A DNA stretch of 64,000 nucleotides from Chlorokybus atmophyticus. Lineage: Eukaryota; Plantae; Mesostigma and Chlorokybus algae. The translations under genes were made by a program, and so were the position numbers. The number at the start of each line of letters is the position of its first letter. Positions within the stretch are counted from its first letter, which is position 1. Positions 40,379-52,100 of the stretch are shown here, piece by piece. The notes beneath the pieces are model-generated. The model was not told where the DNA came from, ran no database searches, and was given only the letters and a program-made list of their open reading frames with translations. The stretch lies in the NCBI GenBank assembly GCA_009103225.1, contig RHPI01002112.1:72449-136448 (forward strand). Direction: 5' to 3'.

Positions 40379-43209
40379 ATGGCATCACCAGCAAGGGATT
40401 GGCAGAGCATCAAAGCGCGAGTGTTGGACGTGCATTGGCATTGGCAGCTGCCAGTGTTGAGAAGATTACGCAAGCGAGTGCTGCACATTTTGCACACGCC
40501 CTGGTGCCTGTCACCGACCGAGGACAACCATGTCATTTATGTGATATATCTGCTGACTGGCGCGAAGAAGTGTTACGTGGGCATGACAGTGAATTCGGCA
40601 TTTGAGCGGTATCAAGGGCATTGGAGAGCTGCACATCGTCCGACTGCTACTGTGCTGGAACAAACCATGTGCGAGATACCCGTGCAGTCGTGGGGAGTGT
40701 CACCAATAGAGTACATACCTACCTTGCCCAATGAAACCAATGATGCTTGGCATCACCGGGCTGCATAGAAGAGTGGTTGTGGACGCAGCGTTTGCGTACA
40801 CATGTACCACGCGGATACAATGTGGAACATGGCCCCTACAAAAGTGCGAGACTACCACACTGGAGACGCCAGCAGTTGAGGAGGCAACCACAACCACAAC
40901 CGCATGAACAACCAGGCAGAAATTGTGGCTACAGAGACTTCTTTAGGCGCAGCCAAAGACTGGCTGAGCGGGTACAACAACAGCGCCTGACCCTTGCCAA
41001 TCTGCTGAAGTTCAAGCAGCTGAACTTGTGCAAGATGTTGAATGTGCTACTGCATACAGCGCCGCAGGACCTGCGCGTGCTACCCAGTCATGTTGCTACA
41101 CTCACAGAAACCCTGCAGCGTCTGCTTGCCAACTACCCAACTGCATTACCGCAAACCCGCAGTGCAAGGCTGCTGATAGCATGCCCATTTGCCAATGGCG
41201 CAGCTGATGAACTGCAACTGCAAAAGCTACTATCACACCCCTTGCTGCTGGCAACGCTGCCCGCACACCTGCAAGCACGCCTGGGCCAGCCACTGGTGGT
41301 GTGGCGTTGTAGTCAATCGGTGGGAAGAATGCTCTGCAATCGCACAAGAGACCTCCTGGCATCGACCGCCCTGCAGCAAGTGCAGGTTATGTCGGCAGCG
41401 CTGTGCGTGTGTCAACAACCGCAGTGGAGAGGCCAGCTGCATGCAGACCTGAACCATGTAGGCAGCTGTGACTACGACCGCGTGACATGCTCCACCGTGC
41501 TGCGCGGGATACTGCAGCGTGGGGCCAAGTTCCGGAGCCAGGTGCCGGCTGACGTCGCTGTGTGTTTGCCAGCAATCATATTTGCTGTGTCGCATTTTGC
41601 AAGCGAACTAGAGGACAAGTGGGGCCTGCCTTTTGTCTTGCAACAGTGGGTGACAACGTTGCTGTCGCTGGTACGCCAACGTGCGAATGCCATTACCGCC
41701 ATGCCTGAGTACCAGGGACAAAATGTAAACCACGCACCGGATACTATGGCGCCGTGGGATGCTGCAGCTTTGCAGTTGCTGCATCGGGACTTTATCATTA
41801 CAGAAGTGGACAAGTGCACTGGGACTCTAGTAGCAGTATGCAGGAAGCATTACTGGCTGTGCTTGACGCAAGAATTGGTGACGGAGACATATGAACGTGA
41901 AGATGCACAGGCCCAGGCAGTGCTGCAACGGCATGCACAATGGAATCAACTGCATGACTACTATACTGCGAAATTACACCAACAGCCCAAGCTGCCGCAC
42001 TTGTACTTGTTGTTCAAACTACACAAGACTCCACCTCAACCACGCTTCATAGCGGCGGCGCGTGACAGTTCACTGGCGGATGCCAGTTTCTGGCTGAGCA
42101 GAGGCTATCAATGCATGACACCCATTTGGCATCAACTGTGGGAGGTTGTAGTGGGGCTATCAACAGTACACCACAGCTGGATTATGAAGGATTCCGGAGC
42201 TCTTGGCAGATTGCAAGCCGCAATTAACACCACACGCACAGTGCAAGACAAGCGCCAGCCTTTGTTGCTGTGGACTTTTGACTTCTCCACCCTCTATACA
42301 CGCATACAGCACACATATCTGCTCGAGCGCATGCGCCGCTTGGTTAATGCCACATTTCACATGCAGCACCAGCGTACCCGTGCCACACACTTGCACCTGA
42401 CCGTGAACCCGGACAGATCGGTACAGCACCGGTGGACAGCAGCAGCACAGTACCGGACGGACGAGGAAGGCACCTGGAGAACATTCACTGCGTAGTCGAT
42501 GCACAACGTGCTGGCATTTCTGTTGGACAACTTGTATATACGCACGGCGAGTGATGAGTTGTACAAGCAGCGAGTGGGCATCCCCATGGGCAACAGTGCA
42601 GGGGTGCACTTAGCCAATGGTGACTTGCTGACATATGAGTTGGATTTTATGGAACACCTGCGACAACAGGGCCATGTGCAACTGTTGCAGCGATGTGCCA
42701 CCGGCATCTTGCGCTACATTGATGACCTTTTCGTCGTGGGAGTCCCAGACTTTGAGCGGCTGCTCTACATGGACCCGCACGTACCCGGAGGAGGCTTGTA
42801 CCCACGGTACAGCCTCACCGTGACACAAACAGCTGTGGGTACGAAAATGCCGTTTCTGGACTTGGAGGTGTTTCAAACGAAGGACGGCATTTGTACCAAA
42901 GTGTACAGTAAACGGGACTTGCCAGCCTACAGCACGATACCGCACCACCGAGCCCCGTTGCCAACCGCAAACACCCCGCACACAGTGCAGCTGGGTGTCA
43001 TTAGCTCGCAGTATGCGCGCTTCACCCGCGTGTGTACCTACAGAACACACTTTCTGACAGCCATGACAGATTTAATTCACGCCATGCAGCGTGATGGACA
43101 CCCCTTGAACAAGCTGCTCACTACCCTCAGGCAAACGCTGCTGCGCAGCAAGGAGTACGTCTATTGCGCACCACCCATGCTGTTGTACACGATGGTCGTC
43201 AAGAGGTGA
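40379..43209 (+). pseudogene. PLE polyprotein (GIY-YIG EN, CxC linker, RT) broken by a 1-nt frameshift at about 40765 and a TAG at 42493-42495
   Basis: EN: VIYVIYLL...CYVGMT..SAFERYQGH...IEEWLWTQRLRTHVPRGYNV. Linker: LCVCQQ...HVGSCD. RT: KLPHLYLLFKLHK..PQPRFIAA, WTFDFSTLYTRI, QRVGIPMGNSAG, LRYIDDLF, MPFLDLEV, TKVYSKRD. Confidence 0.9.
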
Positions 43210-43339
43210 AGGTGAAGCAACACCCGCAGCGCTGAAGACGTGCACCACCGGCAATGACACACTGCCCAACAGGCATCATGCGCGGGGAGCAAGCTGCGTG
43301 GTAAAGCAGCCTGCCCGTGCGAAGCAAATGTAGCTCCAA

Positions 43340-43845
43340 CCCCACCACCCAACCCCACCGCAGCACCTAACTGCCAGCCCTAAACCACAACCGACTGCAC
43401 TGGCACAGCATGCGACATTCAGCCACTGACGACCATGCGGGCAAGTCGCGACAGCCTTGCACGCAGTTGCGTACTGCTGACGTTGACACTGCAACCCTGG
43501 CAACGTCAACAGCAGCAGGGGCGCAGACTGCCAAGAGAGAAGCAGGGCGGCGGGTGGAGAGAGAGCGAGAGAGCAGAGGGAGGGGGAGTCCGTCTGCTTT
43601 GTGCTGCTGCCACAACTACAGCCACACCGGTGCCTAACTGTGGGGACTCTATTTGTGTACAGGTAACTACGCATGCATGTTGACTAACGGGGCAAGGGCT
43701 TAGCGAAAGTAGCTACCTAGTTTGTATAGGTAGCCCGGTGGTGTAAGAAGTTGTTTGCTGGCGTGTGCAAGTGTGCGCGTGTGTGTGCATGTCATGTTCA
43801 CAATGCAATGGGGTCACATGCATAGCATTGCATATATGTTACACA
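43340..43845 (+). repeat. 3' pseudo-LTR of the PLE
   Basis: Direct repeat of 39582-40087. The ORF 43435-43683 inside it is in the same frame as RT. Confidence 0.9.
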
Positions 43846-43949
43846 GCCATGGCACGACGAAAGAGAGTGATATGCGCTGCTTTGCTCTGTGCGTGTGGAT
43901 GCATGCTGCGCGCCGATGCGCAACCCTAACAAAGCGATGCAGTCTCGGC

Positions 43950-44170
43950 AGGGCGCACGAGGCAGTGCGTGGAGGCCGGGGATGTGGTCGGAGACGAGGG
44001 CGGAGTCCACGGAGTCTGCTGATGCTGCACGCATGGGATGGATGAGCCGCTGACAAACAGCCGGGGTGAAGGTAACAAGGGCTGCACATGCATGCTTGCA
44101 TGACCAATAGGGTGGGGTAGGAGTAGAGTAAGTAAGGTAGCTAGCCCGATGGTCGAACATGTGTGAAGTA
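43950..44170 (+). mobile_element. Diverged pLTR-like relic of a related PLE family
   Basis: Collinear patchy similarity to the pLTR 3' half: gagggcggagtcc..gtctgct..tgctgc ... ggtaac ... gcatgc ... tgac.aa..ggg ... gtagctagcccgatggt versus gagggggagtccgtctgctttgtgctgc ... ggtaac..gcatgc..tgactaacgggg ... gtagcccggtggt. Confidence 0.4.
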
Positions 44171-44334
44171 GGTGAGTATATATGCCGTTGACGTGTGTTG
44201 TACATCATGTGGAAACGTATGCGCTGCACTATTGCATGCACGCAATAGCGTCTTGTATTTCCTGTACACATTTTCGTAATTTCTTTGTAATAGGTGGCTT
44301 TTTGAACACATGCAGTCAAGGCGTATGTCGTTGC

Positions 44335-45985
44335 TAGGTTGGCTTAGTTACTAACTGTATTGTAGCTAAGCACTAACACTAAAGCTGGCTGTGGTGAGTC
44401 GTGTGCTTTGCGTTGAGAGTTGCGTAAATGCCTACCACAGTCTTGCTGACTCACTGCGTGAGGTGCTGCGTCGTTATTATAGGGTCTTACACTGCGCTAA
44501 AGACCTACCGTCCTAGACGACGGCGCCAGTGCCACACGCCATTTGCACATGAACGCACAGCATTCCCGCCTTCACACATCCTGCTCCCTCACGCTTGGCT
44601 GTTGCTGTTGCTTGTGCCGCTCTGCTGGAGTTGTTACATTGCGCATGTGCATGTGTGCACAGGTTGGTTGGTTGCTTGCTGCTCGTTTGCTGCTTGCCAC
44701 TGCATCCTGCTCCACCCCGCCTAGAGAACCTAGTGTATGTAGTGCACATAGTTGTAAAGCCCCTGTGGTAATTGAAGTGTTGTGCTTGGGCCTGTCGTGA
44801 TTTTTGGTTTGCTTGCTGCTTGTGGTGCTGCTTGTGATGCGTTTTTATTTCTTCTTTGCCCTACGATTCATACCTTATGCAACTTGCCCCGGATCCTAAT
44901 GTTGGAGGGCATAACGGCACCTTATAGCTTGATTGCCTTACTCTCACTGCCGGTGGCCTGTCTTTGCTACATGTAGCAAAGACCATTAAGGGATTGTGCG
45001 TGCTTCTGTTTACCTGTGTTTGCTTGTTCTGTTCTGTTGTGGTGCCGTTGTGAGATGCTGCATTGTCATTGTATGAGTGAACCAGGGGCTTCGCATGCTT
45101 TGCACTTATCTGCACAATTGCACGCATATAGCTCCTGCTGTTCGATAACCATGATACAAGATTGGGAGGTGGTGAACGTGTGCAAGGTGGTGTGATGAGG
45201 TGCCGGATAAGAGATACACATCGGGTAAGTAAAGGTGAGTTGCATGTGAACCTGTGAGGGGAGCAGCATGGTCTGCCCTCATGCAGTCAAGTCGTATGGC
45301 ACTGCTCGGTTGGCTTTATTGCTAAGTCATTGCTAACCACTAACCTTGACGCTGCCCGTGGTGAGTCGCGTGCTGCCAATTGAAAATTGCGTAACTGCCT
45401 TTAATCATGATGATTCACTACGTGAGGTGATGCGTTGCTATGATGGAATCCTACATTGCGCCGCTACAAACCAACCGCCCTCATCGACGGCGCCAGTCCC
45501 ACACGCCATTTGCACATGACTACGTAATCAATGCTTGGCGTGCTTGGCGTGCTTACACATTTGCTTTGTCCGCCATTGTGAGCTTAACTTTGACTTTGCT
45601 TGTTTAAGCAACTCTACCATTGGTTATACATGCACAGCACTCCCGCCTTCACACTCTGCTCCCTCACGCCTGGCTGCTGCTGTATCTTTTACCTGAACGC
45701 CTGGCTGTTGCTGTTGCTTTTGCGCCGCATTTACCTGAAGTGCTACCTTGCGCCTATGCATGTGTTCTCAAGGTGGTTGGTCGGTTGCTTCCCGCTTTCT
45801 GCTTGCCATTGTCTCCCACTGCAGTGCCTCGCCTACATTTCATAGTGCATGTAGTGCACATAGTTGTAAATCCCTGGTGACAATTGCATTGCTCTTGCCA
45901 GAGCATGTCTTGGTGTCTTGTTTGCTTGCTGCTTGTGGTGCATTGGATTGCTTCTTTGCCCTAAGACTTATACCTTATACATTGT
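44335..45985. repeat. Two diverged direct repeats (about 44335-44885 and 45305-45985)
   Basis: Shared blocks gtggtgagtc (44391 and 45358), cgacggcgccagt.ccacacgccatttgcacatga, cccgccttcacac..ctgctccctcacgc.tggctg, tgtagtgcacatagttgtaaa, ataccttat. The second copy has an insertion of about 100 nt. Confidence 0.75.
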
Positions 45986-47115
45986 CATGATGCATTATTC
46001 GGGCACTTTGCATGCTCTCTTCACGTATATAAAAACTTGATGAAGGTGTAAGTTCAAGGTGCGTGCAATGATCCATTGCACTTGTGGTATCATGATGCCA
46101 TGTTGCATGAGGCCTTCATGCAGTTGCTTCACATGTTGGTCAAGTCGTTTGTGGCTGCTGCCTCCTGCTGCTCCACACTTGCATTGCGTCGCACATAGAG
46201 CACTTAGCTTAGTGTAGGCTGAATGACGATCCCGAGTGTAATAATTGTGTTGGCTGATGGATGCTAGCTTGTCCTGGTGTGTTGAGCATTTGCAAGTGAG
46301 CATGTGCATGTAATCTTTGATGACTATGATGTATACCTTGCAAGATGCAAGATAACGTAATGATACCATATCTTGGCGCGAACCTTGTTAAGTAGCTTTT
46401 TGATTGAATGTATCTGATAACTCATATCACTTGAGCTTAAGTACCTCAAATGGCCTAATTTTGCTTTTTAAAAGTTGATATTTACAAACGTATGAAACTG
46501 TACATGTTGGATAATTAACATGCCCAACTTGCTCCGATTGTGCATGTCCCATCGTAAGTGCGGTGCACAATATACTCATCTCGACGAAACCTACCCTATA
46601 CTTGCAATTGCATTGATTGGATTGCTTAGCAGTACGTGAACGAACAACAATCAACGACACTGATGTACTCAATTTTGTAATAATAACGGGATATCGCATG
46701 AACAGTTTGCGTCCTTACGATACTGTGTTCCGATTGATTGTGCTTACCGCAAGCGGTCAGCCCTCAGATCCGACGGGCACACAGCCCTTCTCGCGACGCG
46801 CGGTTGTGAGATCGGACGCTCGCCGTGCGACATAAAGAATGACATGCGCCTTGTGAAAAGTGACGCGCGTTGATGAATAGCGTCGTCACTGGATACATTA
46901 TTGCGAATTGCGAAAAGACTATGCTGCCCCCTTAAATCCAACGGCTGCTCCTTTTGCCACGTGACGTTCGTCAGAGCATCGTAATTGAAAAAGGTTATTC
47001 TGGTATCAGGCCGCCGTAATCAAGTAAAATTGAGCAATAAAAAGACGCATTTTAAGTTAAGGTGCATTCCCCCTGCATCCAACAGCCGCTTCTTTCAGCA
47101 TGCGACGCTTGCCAG

Positions 47116-47645
47116 TGTAATGGGAGCAATAATAATACGGGTATTATTGCTACCTAAATAACACATTTTGTATGTAATAAGTATCTAAATATGCTTATTT
47201 ATACCTCTTTTCTACGGTTCCTCGCTTATTGAAGGCTATGATGCTTTATCATAGCTTAAATAAGAGTCCCAATGGGTGTAGAACCGCTTATTCAAGCCTA
47301 TTTAATGTCACATTTGACAAAATGTGATCACTATCTCGTTAAGTACCTTACGATATGTATCTTTTGTTAGGTGCCTTATCGATAGGTACCTTATCTGAGC
47401 TGTGATTGGCTCACGCTAGATTTCCTAACTACCCTATCTGTATGGTCGATGTCTAATTGTGAGTTAATTATCGAGAGGTATATAGTTAATATACTCTTAA
47501 TATAAATGGTCACATTAAACTGTTGTGGGGACTTTTCAGTTCTCTGCTCAGTGGCGGCCACGCCATTAAAAGGTTTATCATAGGCGGTGTGGGTGTTGGG
47601 GTAGAGGATTGAAGGGGCATCACCGGCGACGGTGAGGCTGTTACA
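47116..47645 (+). repeat. 5' LTR, Gypsy copy 1
   Basis: TGTAATGGGAGC...GCTGTTACA, homologous to 53016-53533 and 60318-60852. Starts with a conserved 10-bp stem agcaataata/tattattgct. Confidence 0.95.
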
Positions 47646-47969
47646 TTTGGCCTGGAGATCGGGACTTGGTTGGGACAGTTTTGGGGAGGTTCTAGGATAA
47701 TCTGTTTCCAAACACTGTTAGTCTGAAACTCTCCCCCTTTGGCTTCGGCCTGGAGGTTGGGACTTGGTTGAGGACAACACAGGGTTAGGACATTCTGGTC
47801 CCATTCAGACATGTTTGATTGGTGACACTCCAGATGCAACCTTTCCTGTTTTGAGACTGGTTTGGACTCTGTTTGGGACTTTTACAACTTGGGGTCATTT
47901 TGATCCTCTCGTTGAACCTGGTCCATTGGTGAGGTTCTCACCATTCCATTTTGCCTGTTTTGCAGACAA

Positions 47970-49134
47970 ATGGAAGAGAACTCGGTGCCCACCTCAAAGG
48001 GGAAAGCTTGCAAAAAGAGCATTTATCCCGTGAGGAGGAGTTTCCATCCAGGGAGAATATTTCCAACCCGGATGATGCACCTAATGAGTCTCATGCTGCT
48101 AAGGATGTGGATGGCTTGGTGGAACCAGACGGACCACCACCACCACCATCATTCATGCAGCCTGAAATCTCAATTCGCTTGACAAACAGGAGTTGTTGGA
48201 CCATTTTCTTGGCACCTATGATGAGGAGCCTCGTGAGGCAAATGTCTCACTTGTCAACTTCCTCTTTCATGTGGCGGAAAAGATCTCAAAGCTCACCACC
48301 TTTATGGGGCGAGATTGGGAGGAATCAATGGGTGAAGGCAAACGTGTTCTGAATATGATCGAGCGCCTTCAACGCTCTGACAGTGGTCCACCTGTTCAGG
48401 CGCTTGCTCAACCTGCCGATTTTGTTCCCAACAAACAAGCGGCAATTTTCGACTGGCTCGTGAAGCTGAGACACTATGTCAACTCCCTTCACAAGTCTAA
48501 GGAGGGGAAGTTGCGTGTAGCTGAGTTGCTGATCCCAAACGGTGCTCTGGCAGAGTGGTACCGCCGTAAGCAGAAGGATACCAACCTCGGGCGGGAAGTG
48601 AATCAGTTGTGCTCTTTCATGGAGCAGCGCTATGGTGGCGCAGATCCAGCCCAGGTTGCTCGCAACCAGTTGCACAATCTGCGTCAGCACGGGCGTCCGG
48701 TTCAACAGTATATCCAGGATTTGCAGTCGTTTGTCAGCAGAATTAATGCTGGCAAACTACCTATCAGTGATGCTGATCAGCTGGATATGTTCAGGCGGGG
48801 CCTGGACACAGATCTCGTGCAGCATGTGGCCGTCAACCCCGGAAGTTTACAAGAGTGGGCCTCGACGGATTTACCAATGCTGATGCAGATGGTTGCTGCT
48901 GTGGACAGTGTAGAGCGCTTTCACGCAAACATGCAAACCACAGCAAAAGAGGCAGCCCCGGTTTCAGCTGCAAAGCGCCCGGCCACCGACGACAAACCTT
49001 TTCTGAAAAAGGCAAAAACATCTCAGCCTGCTGGCCCCTACAACGCGGCCAAATCCACCATCACTTGCAGTTTCTGCAAGAAGACAGGTCATGGGGAGGC
49101 CAAGTGCTATGCAAAGCAGAATGCACATAAATAG
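47970..49134 (+). pseudogene. gag: gag with CCHC zinc knuckle (5' part frameshifted)
   Basis: AIFDWLVKLRHY...ALAEWYRRK...FMEQRYGGADPAQVARNQLHNLRQ...VQQYIQDL...DQLDMFRRGL, then CSFCKKTGHGEAKC. Confidence 0.85.
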
Positions 49135-52100
49135 GAATTGTCCGCAATTGGTAGCTTAGTCGAGCAGAACGACGTTAAAAACCCTGTACTTCTTGATAAA
49201 GTTTCCTCTCTTTGTGATGTATCAGATGTATGGACTGATATGAGCACACCACCTGTGTTGACAATTGCAAACGGTTGTGTTTTATTCAATGTTCCATTCT
49301 CTGAATTGGTAATTGCTATTAAGCACTTACACGAGTTGCAATTACAACATGCTGTCACTGAATGCGTAGTTATCCCTCGGTATCATGGCCCGTGGTCGCG
49401 ATTGCTGCAAGGGGGAGAAGTAATTATGCAACTCTTACGCAAGGATACAGGAGCTTCACCGTTGCAAGTGATCTTTATCAAGCCTGCTACCAATCACGGC
49501 ACTCCGACATTAGCTACATCTGATGGTCACTCAGTGCCACTCAAGTGAAGATTTGAGAGTCAATTTATGGGCACACCATGTACAGCGTTTATTGATACTG
49601 GTGCAAACCATAACTTTGTTGAACATGACTGGGTGAAACGAAATAACATACCTTTCACACCAATCACGTCGTATGTACGTGCTGCTGGTTCCACCCTCAA
49701 TGCAATTGGGGAGGTGAAGGGGCGTTTTGTTATTAGCAGCCACAAGACTCCACCAACTTTCATCGTGGTGGATATAGGCATTCCCGGGGTGGATGTTTTG
49801 GGTGAACAATGGCACACCGAAGCAGGTTTGCAATTGGACTCTCGAGCAAATACGTGCATCCTCTGTAAGGGTAAACGTAAGGCGACGTTAATCGCACCTG
49901 TACTCGCACATGTTGCTCGCGACAATGTTCCGCTCTTTCCTGCTATGCAACTGAAACATTGCATACGCAAGCGTGAGAAAGTATATTTGATGCACTTACG
50001 ACAGGTAGAGACACCTATTGAACAGGCCGTATCTGACCCTGTGGTGCAATCACTTACGGAACAATACGCAGATGTATTTCAGGATGAACTCCCAGAGTTG
50101 CCTCCTGATAAAAAACATACATCATACCATTCTGTTGGAAGAGGGGGCAAAGCCACCTTAGCGGCCTATCTATAGGGTGAGTCCCTTAGAACACGCGGAA
50201 ATGGAAAAACAGCTCAAAGAGTTATTGTACAAAGATTTATTAACAACGAGCATATCTCTTTTTGGTGCACCAATTTTGTTTGTGCCCAAAAAGAATGGCA
50301 AGCTACGCATGTGTATTGATTACCGTGCGTTAAACAAACTAACTGTGAGAAACAGATTCCCTTTGCCTCGGATTGATGATTTGTTTGATAAGCTATCAGG
50401 TGCAACAGTGTTCATCACACTGGATTTGACCAGTGGTTATCATCAAACCAAAATCCACCCGTCGGATATACAAAAAACTGCATTCGCACCCCACTATGAC
50501 ACTTTGAGTATAAAGTGTTACCATTTGGGTTAACAAATGCACCGGCTACATTTCAGACAGCAATGAACGCGGTATTTGCTGATGAATTGTACAAGTTTGT
50601 ACTGGTAGATCTAGACAACATTATCGTGTTCAGCAAAACCCGGGAGGACCACCATAGGCATGTGGAATTGGTTCTAGCTAAGTTACGCGAACACAAATTC
50701 TATGCCAACCTGTCCATATGCAACTTTGCAAAGGAACTACCCTGAACTACCCTTTTTAGGGCATGTAATTGGCAAAGAAGGATTGAAACCAGATTCTCAA
50801 AAGGTGTGTGCGGTGAAGGATTGGCCACCACCCAAGGATGTACATCAGTTACGTGCTTTTTTGGGGCTAGCCAATTATTTCCGCAAGTTCATGATAGCAT
50901 ATTCTAGCATGGCAAATTCTTTAACATCTTTACTAAGAAAAGATGTTAAATTTGTGTGGACGGAGGCACACGAGGTTGCTTTTACTCGCATTAAAGATGC
51001 ATTAACACAAGCCCCTGTGTTAGCCTTCCCCGACCACACCAAGCCTTTTGTGGTGATCAGCGATGCTTCCACCATTGGGTGTGGGGCAGTCCTTCTACAA
51101 GATGACAGACCATGTGCATATGAAAGCAGAAAGTTCATTCCTGCTGAACGTAATTACACAACCACTGAGCAGGAATTGCTCGGGGTGGTGCACGCGCTGC
51201 GCACATGGCGTTGCTACTTGGAAGGGGTGGAGTTTTCAGTGATTACTGATCACAACCCGCTCACATTCTTTCATACGCAACAAAATCTGTCGAGGCGGCA
51301 AGCTAGATGGAATGAATTCATTTCTCGTTTCACTTTCACTTGGCAATACCGTCTGGGTCGCACCAATGTGGCGGATCCACTAAGTCGTAGCCCTGCTCTT
51401 TTGGCACTTACGCGCTCTCGAAATACGCGTAATGTACAACAGCCTGAAGATCCTTTCTTGAAAGAAGTGTCCACAGGTTATGACTCAGATGATTGGTTTA
51501 GCAGTCGAACCAACTTGCAACAGCTTATTGCTATTGTTAGCAATCTGTGGTATAAAGGGGAGCAGTTGGCAATTCCCAACTCGGGCGACTTGCGTAAGCA
51601 ATGCTTACATTCAGTGCATGACCCGCCATATGCTGGGAATTTGGAAAACAACAAAACACTTAAAGCTGCGCAACAGTTATACTGGTGGCCGTCAATGTCA
51701 GTTGGTGTGGATTAATATGTTCGCACATGTAACGTGTGTCAACGTAATAAGCCACTACGACAAAAACAAGCGGGACTGCTTGAACCATTAGTAATTCCAG
51801 AACAAAAGTGGGATATTGTCAGTATGGAATTGATTGCTGACCTACCTGAAACGGCCAGATACACTGTTATTGTGGTTTTTGTTGTCCGTTTGTCCAAAAT
51901 GGTGCATTTTGCCCCGTGTTGCTCAACTGTGAGTGCACGGGACTTGGCACATTTATTTGTGTCCACGGCCTTCGAGTTCACGGTGTACCGCATGAACTTA
52001 TCATAGATCATGATCTTCAAATTGTCTGCAAGTTTTGGAGAGAAGTCTGTGAATTGTTGGGGGTAAAACAAAGCATGTCGATTGCTTTCCACCCGTAAAC

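Larger units (their letters stand above)
39582..43845 (+). mobile_element. Penelope-like retroelement with N-terminal GIY-YIG endonuclease (Chlamys/Naiad-type architecture), flanked by pseudo-LTRs
   Basis: 506-bp direct repeats at 39582-40087 and 43340-43845 flank an EN-CxC-RT reading frame. Confidence 0.9.

Noticed and set aside
43207-43383. In-frame TGA codons at the PLE 3' end as selenocysteine, as in some Naiads
   Set aside because: They fit CGA-to-TGA decay in an Arg-rich tract. The element also has TAG and TAA stops, one of which is CAA in the other pLTR. No SECIS was recognised.
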